64,000 nucleotides of DNA from a bacterium (lineage in GTDB: Bacteria; Bacillota; SLNR01; JBMNPB01), in the NCBI GenBank assembly GCA_050943375.1, contig JBMNPB010000003.1:71918-135917 (forward strand), in the 5' to 3' direction. A model generated the notes under the pieces. It was not told where the DNA came from. It worked only from the letters and a program-made list of their open reading frames with translations, and did no database searches. Positions within the stretch are counted from its first letter, which is position 1; each line of letters starts with the position of its first letter. The translations under genes and the position numbers were made by a program. Shown here one piece after another: positions 10,471-21,914 of the stretch.

Positions 10471-11424
10471 TTACAGCAACCCGACCAATCCGACGAGGCC
10501 GAACAAGAATCCCAGCGTCCAGAAACTCACCACCACTCGCCATTCTGACCATCCCAGCAATTCAAAATGATGGTGCAATGGCGCCATGCGAAAAATCCGC
10601 CGGCCGGTCCGCCGGAAATAGATAACTTGCAAAGTAACCGACAGAGTTTCGATGACAAAGACACCGCCGATGATCGGCAGCAATAATTCCATTTTGGTCA
10701 GCAGCGATACGGCAGCGAGAGCCCCGCCCAAAGCGAGGGAGCCGGTATCACCCATAATAACCTGTGCCGGGTGCAGGTTATAGAAAAGAAAACCGGCGCA
10801 CCCTCCCGCCACAGTGAGGCAAAAGATACCGATATCGGGCCGGCCGGTCGTATAGCCCACAACGGCATAGGCCAGCATCGCCAATAGAATCGTGCCTGCC
10901 GCCAAGCCGTCCAGACCGTCCGTCAAGTTGACCCCGTTGACTATTCCGAGGATAAGGATAAAAGCGAACGGCAGATACAACTTGCCCAAGTCAACAGTCA
11001 CCCCGGCAAAGGGGATCAGGACGGCCGTCCCCGCTTGCAAGTAGACCAGAAGGATATACAGAGAGAGCGCGGCGATCAAGATTTGCCAGGCCAGCTTGGT
11101 TCTGGCCCGTAGCCCGAGGGGACGCTTGAGGACGATTTTGAGGAAATCGTCGGCAAAACCAATAAGCCCATAGGCAACCGTGATGAACAAAGCGAGATGG
11201 AGCGCCGGATTGTTCCCCCCGAACCAGGCGGCGGCCACCGTTATTCCAAGGATAATGATGATGCCGCCCATTGTGGGCGTGCCGATTTTCTGCAGGTGCT
11301 GGCGCGGCCCGTCATCTCTGATTTGCTGACTGAGTTTCAGGCGTCGCAGCAGGGGAAGCAGCAACTGCCCTGCCGCCACGCTCACCACCATCGCTAAAGC
11401 CGCTGCCCATAATCCATCATTCAT
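10471..11424 (-). CDS. mraY: Phospho-N-acetylmuramoyl-pentapeptide transferase MraY
   Basis: 317 aa with the MraY signature PTMGG and DD-containing loops; located between murF and ftsW. Confidence 0.9.
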   Translation of the reverse strand: MNDGLWAAALAMVVSVAAGQLLLPLLRRLKLSQQIRDDGPRQHLQKIGTPTMGGIIIILGITVAAAWFGGNNPALHLALFITVAYGLIGFADDFLKIVLKRPLGLRARTKLAWQILIAALSLYILLVYLQAGTAVLIPFAGVTVDLGKLYLPFAFILILGIVNGVNLTDGLDGLAAGTILLAMLAYAVVGYTTGRPDIGIFCLTVAGGCAGFLFYNLHPAQVIMGDTGSLALGGALAAVSLLTKMELLLPIIGGVFVIETLSVTLQVIYFRRTGRRIFRMAPLHHHFELLGWSEWRVVVSFWTLGFLFGLVGLVGLL

Positions 11425-11446
11425 TTGCTTTCCTCCCCCAGGATTA

Positions 11447-12829
11447 CTAAGCAGTTAGCTTCTGCAAGCAGGCGACGATTTCCTCCATCTGCATGCCCCG
11501 CGAACCTTTGACCAGGACTGTATCACCGGCGGCGACGATGTCTCTGAGAAAATCGATGGCCGCGCCGTTCGTGCCGAAGCTGTGCACCGCCTCCGGCGGC
11601 AAAGCCGCCCTAGCCGCCGCGGCAATCAGAGCGGCCTGAGGTCCGACCGTCACCAGGAGATCAACTTTCTGTCCGGCGAATTCTCCCACAGCTTGATGGC
11701 CGGAGCGGGCGTGCTCGCCCATTTCCAACATGTCGCCGAGCACAGCGACCCGCCGCCCTCCGGCTAATTCGTCCAGGACCCGGAGAGCCGCCCGCATTGA
11801 CTGAGGATTCGCGTTGTACACATCGTTGATAATCCGGAAACGACCGGCATCAATCACTGCAAGGCGCATTTCACTCGGGGCAAACCGGGCGAGACCGCGG
11901 GCGATGGCCGCCGGCTCCACTCCCAGACGCCAACCGACCGCCACAGCCGCGAGAGCATTCGCCACGTTGTGCTGCCCCGGCACCGGGACTGACATTTCTA
12001 CACTATGGGACCCGAAGTGGGCGAGGAAAGCGATTCCTCTCTCCTGCCGGCTGCGAATATTCGTCGCGGTAACGGCCAGGCTGCGGCCAGTCCCAAAAAA
12101 TATCGTGTTTCCCGCAAAGGTTGCGGCTATCCGCCGGCACCAAACATCGTCGCCGTTCAATACGGCCGTCCCGCCTGCCGGCAGCGCCGCCAGCAGTTCC
12201 CCTTTCGCCCGGGCGATGTTTTCCACCGAGCCGAGCAATTCGATGTGTGTCTCGCCAATATTAGTGATGACCCCGACCAGCGGCTGCGCGATGCCGGCGA
12301 GATAACTGATCTGACCCGGTCCGCGCATCCCCATCTCCAGGACCGCCGCCCGATGGTGCTCTTCCAGCCGGAAGACGGTCAGCGGCAGTCCCACTTCCGT
12401 ATTCAAATTCCCCTCATTCTTCAGGGTCGGATATTTCTCACTCAGGACGGCCGCGATCATATCTTTCGTCGTTGTCTTCCCCACGCTGCCAGTGACTCCC
12501 ACTACTACTGGGCTGATACGCTTAAGACAGGCGCGGGCCAAGGCGGCCATCGCCGCCACGGCGTCCGGGACGTGCAAGACGACGGCTCCGCCCGGCAGCG
12601 GTCCGACGGCGGCCGGCCTGGTCACGATGGCGGCCGCCGCTCCGGCCGCAAAAGCGGCCGGAACATATAAATGTCCGTCCGACTCTTCCCCGGGCAGAGC
12701 GAAAAAAATGTCTCCCGGTTTGATCCGGCGCGAGTCGTTGCTCACCCCGCCAATCGTCACTTCCGCCTCCCCGGCGATGACGGCAGCGCCGGTGACGGCG
12801 GCGATTTCGGCAGCTGTCATCTTGATCAT
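11447..12829 (-). CDS. murF: UDP-N-acetylmuramoyl-tripeptide–D-alanyl-D-alanine ligase MurF
   Basis: Mur ligase with GVTGSVGKTTTK P-loop; lies downstream of murE with an overlapping stop/start. Confidence 0.85.
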   Translation of the reverse strand: MIKMTAAEIAAVTGAAVIAGEAEVTIGGVSNDSRRIKPGDIFFALPGEESDGHLYVPAAFAAGAAAAIVTRPAAVGPLPGGAVVLHVPDAVAAMAALARACLKRISPVVVGVTGSVGKTTTKDMIAAVLSEKYPTLKNEGNLNTEVGLPLTVFRLEEHHRAAVLEMGMRGPGQISYLAGIAQPLVGVITNIGETHIELLGSVENIARAKGELLAALPAGGTAVLNGDDVWCRRIAATFAGNTIFFGTGRSLAVTATNIRSRQERGIAFLAHFGSHSVEMSVPVPGQHNVANALAAVAVGWRLGVEPAAIARGLARFAPSEMRLAVIDAGRFRIINDVYNANPQSMRAALRVLDELAGGRRVAVLGDMLEMGEHARSGHQAVGEFAGQKVDLLVTVGPQAALIAAAARAALPPEAVHSFGTNGAAIDFLRDIVAAGDTVLVKGSRGMQMEEIVACLQKLTA

Positions 12830-14313
12830 TTCTCTAACCTCCGCAGGACGTTCCGCGCCACTTCCCGGTCGTCAAAATGGATACTCCCTTCTTTTAGGAC
12901 TTGGGATGTCTCATGTCCCTTGCCGGCGATAATGACGATGTCATCTCTTTTCGCCATCCGAATTGCCCGCTCGATCGCTTTCTGCCGGTCCGCTTCCGCT
13001 GTGTAATTATCGGTCACCCGCGCAATTCCGCTCTCCACTTCGCGGATGATGGCAAGAGGGTCTTCGCTGCGCGGGTTATCGGAGGTGATAACTGTATAAT
13101 CGGCCAATTTACCGGCAATTTCTCCCATGAGGGGCCGTTTGGTCCGGTCGCGGTCACCACCGCAGCCGAAGACGGTAATGATGCGGCCCCGGGCAAAGCC
13201 CCGCGCCGTCCGCAAAACTTTCTCCAGTCCGTCCGGTTTATGGGCGTAATCGACGATGACGGCAAAATCCTGCCCGCCAGCAACGAGTTCAAAGCGGCCC
13301 GGTACCCCGCCGAATTCTTCCAGGGCTGCCTTAATCACGGCCGGGCTTATTCCTTCAGCGACGGCCGCGCCGATAGCGGCCAGAGAATTGTAAACGTTGA
13401 ACAGGCCGGTGACCGGCAGATGAAGTTCCATCGCGCCAAGCGGAGTGCGGGCCATATACCGGACGCCGGCCGCGGTGACGCGGACATTCTCCGCTTTGAT
13501 GTCAGCCGCGCTCTCAATTCCATACGTCAGGACCGGCACTTCCGTCTGCTTGATAATCTCGCCGCCGTGCGGGTCATCAGAATTAATGACGGCCGTTTTG
13601 GGCTGTTTGGGCGGAGTTCCCGCTGCCGCCGTCGGCAGCCGTCGGAAAAGTTTCGCCTTTGCCGCAAGATAATCGGCCATCGTCCCGTGGAAATCGAGAT
13701 GCTCATGGCTGAGATTGGTAAAAACGGCCACATCGAACTCAAGTCCTTCCACCCGGTGCAGTTCCAGCGCGTGAGAAGATACTTCCATGACGAGATAATT
13801 ATCTCCGGCGGCAACCATCGCACCGCAGAGAGATTGGAGGTCAATGCTTTCCGGAGTGGTATGCTCCACGGGAAAATCCTTCCCTCCGACTTTATTCCTG
13901 ATGGTGCCGATGAGACCGACCCGATTGCCGGCCCGTTCCAAAATGGCGTCAGTCAGATAAGTAGTCGTCGTCTTTCCACTGGTGCCGGTGACTCCCACTA
14001 CCCGTAACCGGCGGGAAGGATAGCCGTGAAACGCGGCGGCCAGACGACCGGCCGCAAGCCGGGTGTCCTCCGTCCGGATATAAGTTACTGACGGGGCAAG
14101 ATCCTCGGCCCCGATAATTGCGGCTGCCCCGTTGCGTATTGCCTGCGGGATAAAGGAATGTCCGTCGTGTTTTTCCCCGTGGATACACACGAAGAGCGTC
14201 CCCGGTTGTACAGCCCGGGAATCGGCGGTAAGATGAGTGATTTCTTGGTCGGTACTGCCGCGAACACCGAGAATGGGTACCGTTTTAATTAGTTCGGACA
14301 GGAGCATATGCAC
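12826..14313 (-). CDS. murE: UDP-N-acetylmuramoyl-L-alanyl-D-glutamate–2,6-diaminopimelate ligase MurE
   Basis: GVTGTSGKTTTT P-loop plus a DNPR motif (ITSDNPRSEDP), which is characteristic of meso-DAP-adding MurE. Confidence 0.9.
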   Translation of the reverse strand: MHMLLSELIKTVPILGVRGSTDQEITHLTADSRAVQPGTLFVCIHGEKHDGHSFIPQAIRNGAAAIIGAEDLAPSVTYIRTEDTRLAAGRLAAAFHGYPSRRLRVVGVTGTSGKTTTTYLTDAILERAGNRVGLIGTIRNKVGGKDFPVEHTTPESIDLQSLCGAMVAAGDNYLVMEVSSHALELHRVEGLEFDVAVFTNLSHEHLDFHGTMADYLAAKAKLFRRLPTAAAGTPPKQPKTAVINSDDPHGGEIIKQTEVPVLTYGIESAADIKAENVRVTAAGVRYMARTPLGAMELHLPVTGLFNVYNSLAAIGAAVAEGISPAVIKAALEEFGGVPGRFELVAGGQDFAVIVDYAHKPDGLEKVLRTARGFARGRIITVFGCGGDRDRTKRPLMGEIAGKLADYTVITSDNPRSEDPLAIIREVESGIARVTDNYTAEADRQKAIERAIRMAKRDDIVIIAGKGHETSQVLKEGSIHFDDREVARNVLRRLEK

Positions 14314-14377
14314 ATCCCCTTTAAGAAATTCCGGAATCTCTTGGTAGTTTTTGCAGAGTCAAGTAATTTATTCCCGC

Positions 14378-16450
14378 TCACTCGCACCACACCGTTACGG
14401 TCGTTCCCACTGGCGCGGAAGTTCCGGCGGCCGGTTCCTGGGTCACGGCTTTGCCGGTGCCCACCGGCGCTATTTTCAGCCCGAAATCCTTCAGCCGCTG
14501 GGCACATTCTTCGCCGGCAAGCCCGGCCAGATTCGGAATTATTAGCATCGCTTCATCGTCACTGCCCTGATTCCCCAAATACAAAAGGACTTTCGTATCG
14601 GCCGCGAGCAGGGCGCCGGACTCCGGCACTTGCCGGACAACCGTTTCTCCCGCCCCTTCCAGACGGGCTCCGAGACCGGTTTCCCGCAAACGGGCGGTGG
14701 CGGCAGCGGCAGTAAGGAAACGGACATCCGGGACAAAGGCTGTGCCGCCCGCCCGGGTCTCGACTTCGTCCCGGCGGGGCACACCCAAATATTGCAGGGC
14801 GGCGCCGACAACTTCCCGGAAAACCGGCGCGGCAACTGAGCCGCCGTAATAGGAAAATCTGCCCGGCTCATCAATTACCACCAAAGCGGCCAACCGGGGT
14901 GAGTCAGCCGGGGCGAAACCGAGAAAAGAAGCGAAATATTTGCCCGGCGCATAGCGGCTCTCGATGACTTTCTGCGCCGTCCCGGTCTTGCCGGCCACCT
15001 GGTAACCGGCAATTTTCGCATTCCGGCCCGTCCCTTTGCTGACGACATTTTCCATCAGCTGCTGCACCGTCCGGGCAGTCTGCTCTGAAATGACGCGTTG
15101 GGGAGGCGTCGCGGCAAATTCGATGAGAACATTCCCTTCCGCGTCGACTAATTCCTGCGCCAGATGCGGTTTGCTACACAAACCGTCGTTGGCAATCGTG
15201 CTGACGGCGGATACCAACTGAAGCGGAGTGATAGATATGGCCTGCCCGAAAGCGATACGGGCCAGGTCGACGTTTTTGACCCGGGACTCCGGAATGACTA
15301 TCCCGGTCGCTTCGCCGGGGAAGTCAATGCCCGTCTTCTGTCCGAAAGAGAGCAACCGCAGATATTTGTAGAGACGCTCCGGGCCGAGACGTAGGCCTAA
15401 AGTGACGAAGCCGACATTGCAGGAATTCTGCACGATTTCAGCCAGCGACTGGCTGCCGTGTCCCCGGGTACAACGGATGCTCGACCCGGGAATTCGAATA
15501 CTGCCCGGACAAAAAAATCGGTCGTTCAGACTGGTGACCCCTTCTTCCAAAGCCGCCGTGAGAGTGATGACCTTGAACGTCGAGCCCGGCTCATAACTGT
15601 CGGAAACAGCGGCATTGCGCCATAATTCCTGCTCATACTCAAATGGAGCGTTCGGGTCGAAATCCGGTTTGGTCGCCATCGCCAGAATACCACCGGTAGT
15701 GACGTCCATGACAATAATCATGCCGCGTTTCGCGAGATTGCTACTGACAGCCTTTTCCATTTCCCGCTCGGCGATATGCTGGATGGTTCGGTCAATGGTT
15801 AGGATGAGGTTATCACCGTCCACCGGCGGGATATATTTGTGCAGAGCACCCGGTATTTCCTGACCGCGGGCGTCGTATTCAACCACAATCCGGCCCGGCT
15901 TACCCCGCAGATATTTCTCATAAGTGACTTCAAGGCCGTACAATCCCTGATTATCGACTCCGGCAAACCCAAGGAGATGAGAAGCAAGCTTCCCGAAAGG
16001 GTAATGACGGCGGCTCTTTTCCTCCAAGCCGATACCCGCCAGCCGCAATTCCCGGATTTGCTGCGCCGCCGCCGCGGAAATATTCTGCTGCAAATAAACA
16101 TGGAACTGCTGTTTAGTCAGTTTCTTCAGCAGTTCGTCATAGCTCATATCCAGAACCGGAACGAGGAGACGGGCCGTCTCTTCCGGCTCCTTAATTTCGG
16201 AAGGTATGGCATAGACGGAATCGGCACTGACGCTGAGCGCCAGAATTTCACCGTTCCGGTCGAAAATTGTGCCTCGCTTCGATTCGACCTTGATCCCCCG
16301 CAGCCGGGACTCCAGAGCGAGTTCACCGAATTTCTCGCCTTTAACGAATTGTACCCAGACAAGACGGGCGCTCAGGCCGGAAAAAATAAGCACGGATAAG
16401 GCGAACAAACCGAGAATTCTGCGTTTGCGGCCATGATTAGTAGCCGTCAC
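14378..16450 (-). CDS. Class B penicillin-binding protein, transpeptidase with C-terminal PASTA domain (SpoVD/PBP2B-like)
   Basis: 690 aa with an N-terminal TM segment, a PBP dimerisation domain, an STFK active-site motif and a C-terminal PASTA-like domain. Position after ftsL is as in Bacillus. Confidence 0.85.
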   Translation of the reverse strand: MTATNHGRKRRILGLFALSVLIFSGLSARLVWVQFVKGEKFGELALESRLRGIKVESKRGTIFDRNGEILALSVSADSVYAIPSEIKEPEETARLLVPVLDMSYDELLKKLTKQQFHVYLQQNISAAAAQQIRELRLAGIGLEEKSRRHYPFGKLASHLLGFAGVDNQGLYGLEVTYEKYLRGKPGRIVVEYDARGQEIPGALHKYIPPVDGDNLILTIDRTIQHIAEREMEKAVSSNLAKRGMIIVMDVTTGGILAMATKPDFDPNAPFEYEQELWRNAAVSDSYEPGSTFKVITLTAALEEGVTSLNDRFFCPGSIRIPGSSIRCTRGHGSQSLAEIVQNSCNVGFVTLGLRLGPERLYKYLRLLSFGQKTGIDFPGEATGIVIPESRVKNVDLARIAFGQAISITPLQLVSAVSTIANDGLCSKPHLAQELVDAEGNVLIEFAATPPQRVISEQTARTVQQLMENVVSKGTGRNAKIAGYQVAGKTGTAQKVIESRYAPGKYFASFLGFAPADSPRLAALVVIDEPGRFSYYGGSVAAPVFREVVGAALQYLGVPRRDEVETRAGGTAFVPDVRFLTAAAATARLRETGLGARLEGAGETVVRQVPESGALLAADTKVLLYLGNQGSDDEAMLIIPNLAGLAGEECAQRLKDFGLKIAPVGTGKAVTQEPAAGTSAPVGTTVTVWCE

Positions 16451-16485
16451 CGACCAATACCCCCTTATTATCGGGCAAAGGACGA

Positions 16486-17004
16486 CTAAGGACGGCTCCC
16501 GGCCTCGACTGTCTCCGTACCAATCAGCTTATCAGCAAGCGCCGTCAGCGCCGCAGCCAGCCCGCCCCCCGGGGCTGCCCCGGCCGGATCACCGGCAGCG
16601 GGACGTCCGGCATCCTGCCCTTGGGCTAAGTCTTGCGCCTCTCCGCCGCCAAAAGCCAGCATTCTCACTTGCTCGGCTTTGATCATGCCCAATTTGTCGA
16701 CAGCCACGGTTTCTACGCGTTCCAGCGATTCCAACCGGCCGATGGCAAACAGCAGCCGGTTATTCTCATTTTGCAGATCTGCCAGTTCCTGATTGAGCCG
16801 TTCCAGTTCGTAGCTCTTCTCGACCCCGGCTGTAAAGCCTGCCAGGAGCACCAGCGCGACGCTCACCAAGACAATGAGGCCGGCAGTGCAGCGGACCACG
16901 AGAGTCGAACCCGGCTGCCTTTCCCTGGCTTGGCGCGGTACGGGTGAACTGGCGGCATTAGTCTCCGGCGGATAGAAGGCGTACTTTTTTTCAGTTGCTA
17001 TCAT
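16486..17004 (-). CDS. ftsL: Cell division protein FtsL (with Ala/Gly-rich C-terminal extension)
   Basis: Single TM followed by a coiled-coil ([18 protein letters not shown]); lies between rsmH and the PBP. Confidence 0.6.
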   Translation of the reverse strand: MIATEKKYAFYPPETNAASSPVPRQARERQPGSTLVVRCTAGLIVLVSVALVLLAGFTAGVEKSYELERLNQELADLQNENNRLLFAIGRLESLERVETVAVDKLGMIKAEQVRMLAFGGGEAQDLAQGQDAGRPAAGDPAGAAPGGGLAAALTALADKLIGTETVEAGSRP

Positions 17005-17972
17005 TTTATGCCCACCTCGCTCTCCCTAGAACTGGCCGTTGTTTTTTCCGCTGCCCGCAGTTTGGCGCTGCGGGAGCGCGGATTGATTTTCTGTTCCGCC
17101 GCGGCGGGAATGACCGGTCTGCGGGTGATGATTTTCAGAGTCTTCTGCTTGCCGCAAACACAGACGGGTAATTGCGGCGGGCAAGTGCACCCACTCGCGT
17201 ATTCGCGGTAAATCCGCTTCACGATCCTGTCTTCCAGAGAATGAAAAGAGATGGCGCACAGACGCCCGCCCGGCCGCAGCACTTCCACTGCCTGTCGGAG
17301 CGCCTTCTCTAGAACACCCAATTCATCGTTCACGGCAATCCGCAAGGCCTGGAATGTCCGGCGGGCCGGATGCGGTCCTTCCCGCCGGGCCGCCGCCGGG
17401 ATTGCCTGCTTGATAATCTCAACCAACTGTCCGGTGGTGGCAATCGTGCCGCGTTTTCGCGCGGCGGCAATGAAGGAAGCGATGCGCTTCGCCCAACGTT
17501 CTTCTCCGTATTCGGCGATAATCCGACTGAGCTCCGCTTCCGGCAATTCGTTCACGATTTCCCGCGCCGAGACGACGGCCCGGGTATCCATCCTCATATC
17601 GAGGGGAGCATTCTGTTGATAAGTAAAGCCGCGCTCCCGGGCATCCAGCTGATAAGAGGATACCCCCAAGTCGAAAAGAACTCCATCCACGGCCGTAACG
17701 CCGATTTCCGCCAGATTGGCCGTGAGAGCGGCGAAATTGGCCCGGACAAGAGTAACTGTATCACCGAAGGCGGCCAATTTTGCCCCGGCTGCCGCAATTG
17801 CCGCTCCGTCCTGGTCAAAACCAATCAGGCGGCCGCCCGGCCGGACCCGTTCGGCGATGGCCGACGCATGGCCGGCGCCGCCCAAGGTGCAGTCAACGAT
17901 AATGCTGCCGGGACGGCAGCGCAATAATGCAAGCGTCTCGGCCAAAAGGACCGGCCGATGCTGAAATTCCAC
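17001..17972 (-). CDS. rsmH: 16S rRNA (cytosine1402-N4)-methyltransferase RsmH (MraW)
   Basis: [10 protein letters not shown]-terminus and [12 protein letters not shown]-binding motif. Start set at GTG 17972, preceded by AGAAGGTGAG. Confidence 0.9.
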   Translation of the reverse strand: MEFQHRPVLLAETLALLRCRPGSIIVDCTLGGAGHASAIAERVRPGGRLIGFDQDGAAIAAAGAKLAAFGDTVTLVRANFAALTANLAEIGVTAVDGVLFDLGVSSYQLDARERGFTYQQNAPLDMRMDTRAVVSAREIVNELPEAELSRIIAEYGEERWAKRIASFIAAARKRGTIATTGQLVEIIKQAIPAAARREGPHPARRTFQALRIAVNDELGVLEKALRQAVEVLRPGGRLCAISFHSLEDRIVKRIYREYASGCTCPPQLPVCVCGKQKTLKIITRRPVIPAAAEQKINPRSRSAKLRAAEKTTASSRESEVGIK

Positions 17973-17988
17973 CGCTCTCACCTTCTGT

Positions 17989-18420
17989 TCAAATCCCCAG
18001 ATCCACCATCTTCTCGGCAATCTCAGCGTAGGCATTCTCGGCCTTGCGGCTGTAATTATCCCACTCTTCGCTGCTCCAGATTTCTACCCGGCCGGAGACG
18101 CCGATGACGACCACGTCCTTGACAATCCGTCCGAAGTCCTTTAGATTATTTGGTATCAGCACCCGTCCCTGTTTGTCGAGTTCGCACTCTGTCGCCCCGG
18201 AGAAAAAGAAACGGACGAAAGCACGGGCATCGGCTTTGGTGAACGGGAGCGATTTCAGTTTCTGCTCAAGGTTCAGCCATTCGGCCTGGGGGTACAGGAA
18301 AAGGCAATTGTCCAATCCTTTGGTCATGACGAATTTATCCCCGAGATCTTCGCGGAATTTGGCCGGTATGATGAGCCGGTTCTTATTGTCAATCGCGTGC
18401 CGGTACTCGCCCATGAACAT
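17989..18420 (-). CDS. mraZ: Transcriptional regulator MraZ
   Basis: [24 protein letters not shown]...[16 protein letters not shown] is near-identical to Bacillus MraZ. The 233-aa track ORF was trimmed to the internal Met at 18420. Confidence 0.9.
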   Translation of the reverse strand: MFMGEYRHAIDNKNRLIIPAKFREDLGDKFVMTKGLDNCLFLYPQAEWLNLEQKLKSLPFTKADARAFVRFFFSGATECELDKQGRVLIPNNLKDFGRIVKDVVVIGVSGRVEIWSSEEWDNYSRKAENAYAEIAEKMVDLGI

Positions 18421-19074
18421 GGCCTGCACCCCATTCATTAGGAAAACGAACCACATTCCCCCACTTTGCCCCACTGCAGTCTCTATTTTCTCTATGGAAA
18501 TAGGTTTTCCTGCTATGACCGAAAATAAATTAGAAATTTTAAGTAATGAACCTATAAAATACCAGACAAATAGAAGCAAACCGGAAAGCGCTCGCTCATA
18601 TCGGCGGCCAAACGCAAGCCTTCCGGCCAGGCAGAAAACGACCAGCCGGGCCAAGCGGTAAGCTTGGCCCGGCTGGTCGTTTAATTCCAATTCCCCTCGG
18701 GGGAGCGGCGGCTTGGGTCGCCGCCGCGGTCGCTCCTATAGAACCGGTTGCGTATTTCCGTATCGCTATTACGTCAACAAAAAGAGGGTATGGCCTGATT
18801 ACAGCCACCCGCCCTGCCGGGCAGCCCTCCGAAGAAGCGGCAGCCCGGATTGCCAGAGCGTCCATTCACCTCTAAGGAAGGGGTGGCGCAAAGCGCCGGG
18901 ATGGTCGTCCCTTCCCCCGGAGCGTAATTATTTCCGCTTCTCCTGTTTCCCTCAATATTTCCTTCCGCTCTTTCTTCAGGCAGCATAAGAAGGTACAATC
19001 CGCATCCCCCTACTTCCTTCGGCAAGAGTATTCCGGGCTATGTCAAGCCATGCCGGTAATACCTGCCTACCCAC

Positions 19075-20037
19075 CTATCCCGACCACTGCACCAGATGAA
19101 TGAGGTCAGACCGGACCGGCGCCGCCTCCCGCCGCCGGAGGAACAGCCTCACTCCCGCATTGCTGATGGTATACCCTTCGGACAGCAGCCAGCCGCAGAC
19201 ATCGCTGTATTCGCCGTAAACGGGGACGGTCAACTGCCGGATCCCCCGGCGGCTGAGGGTAAGCTCGCAAGCCGCCAGATACTGCCGGAACAGTTCCGGG
19301 CTGCCGGCCGAGGGGTCCACCGCCAGGATTTTGACGAGAGCGCGCCCCGGCGCCGTCAGGCGGTGATACAGACAAAAGCCAATCATCGCGCCTTCCCGGC
19401 GCAGTTCAATGATTTCACCTAAACCATATTTATAGGTGAGGAGGACTTCCTTACGATAATCCAGGCCCGACTCCAGCCTTTCGCTGATCGACTGCACCGC
19501 CGGCAGCAGAACCGGGACAGCAGCGGCTGTCACCGGGAGGAACTCCGGGAGATCCCTGGCAAGCTCCGGGCGGGAAGTTCCGATATCTTTAGTGCAACGG
19601 AGGCGCAGATGACCGGGGCGGTAACCGCTTTTCATGTACAGGCCGAGGTTGTAAACGGTCTGCGGCATTGTCTCCAGACCGATGGTCCCAGCCCCGGACC
19701 GCCGCAGATATTCCGTCGCCGCCGCCAATAGTTCCTTGCCGATGCCCCGGCCCTGCCAGTCCGGGTGGACAGCAAGGGGACCGGTCCATCCCACATCGCC
19801 CCAAAGGTGGGCAAAAGCGCAGCCGATCACTTTCCCGTTCCAGACGGCGCTGAAGCTGCCCTTCGGATCACTTTCCAAATAATAGGCCAATTCCGGCGCC
19901 GTCCGCGGCGGCAGAGAATGCCGCCGGCCTGTTTCCCGGGTGAACAGCTCGGCGAAAACATAAGGAATTAACTTCTGTAACGTGACAAAATCGTCAGCCA
20001 GCATCGGCCGGATTTCCAGCCCCATCTTAACTGCCAC
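19075..20037 (-). CDS. GNAT family N-acetyltransferase (tandem acetyltransferase domains)
   Basis: 320 aa containing two Q/RxxGxG/A-type motifs (WQGRGIGKELL and a second region), typical of GNAT proteins. Confidence 0.6.
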   Translation of the reverse strand: MAVKMGLEIRPMLADDFVTLQKLIPYVFAELFTRETGRRHSLPPRTAPELAYYLESDPKGSFSAVWNGKVIGCAFAHLWGDVGWTGPLAVHPDWQGRGIGKELLAAATEYLRRSGAGTIGLETMPQTVYNLGLYMKSGYRPGHLRLRCTKDIGTSRPELARDLPEFLPVTAAAVPVLLPAVQSISERLESGLDYRKEVLLTYKYGLGEIIELRREGAMIGFCLYHRLTAPGRALVKILAVDPSAGSPELFRQYLAACELTLSRRGIRQLTVPVYGEYSDVCGWLLSEGYTISNAGVRLFLRRREAAPVRSDLIHLVQWSG

Positions 20038-20365
20038 CCCACATTTCAGTTCTCACGCCGTTCCCCGCCCGGGCAAAGGCCGCTGTCTTTCCGCTTCCGT
20101 CCCGGCCGCAACGCTGAGAGAACAATTCTCAAGGCATAATTTAGCTCTTCTGTACTTCTCTGTTCTCGCCTGTTTACCTGCCGCGGAGCATCCGCCGAGC
20201 CGGCCGGCCCTTTCAGCGCGGCAGCGGGCCGGGAAGAGCAACAGTGTCTGACTCAGCCCGTGCTGGGAGGAGAAAAGGAAGGAGCGAGGCCGCACTTGCC
20301 AACAAAAAAATTTCCCGCTGGCCGGACAAAATAAGGCCCGGGGCGACGCATCGGCCAGCCCGTGC

Positions 20366-21893
<1,528 letters not shown>

Positions 21894-21914
21894 CTTTCGC
21901 CACCTCCGTTTTCG

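Noticed and set aside
12901-14007. 368-aa plus-strand ORF
   Set aside because: Antisense to murE; low-complexity composition.
18421-18690. N-terminal 90-aa extension of the mraZ ORF (233-aa track ORF)
   Set aside because: MraZ homology starts exactly at MFMGEY (18420). The upstream open frame is the AT-rich promoter region, not coding.
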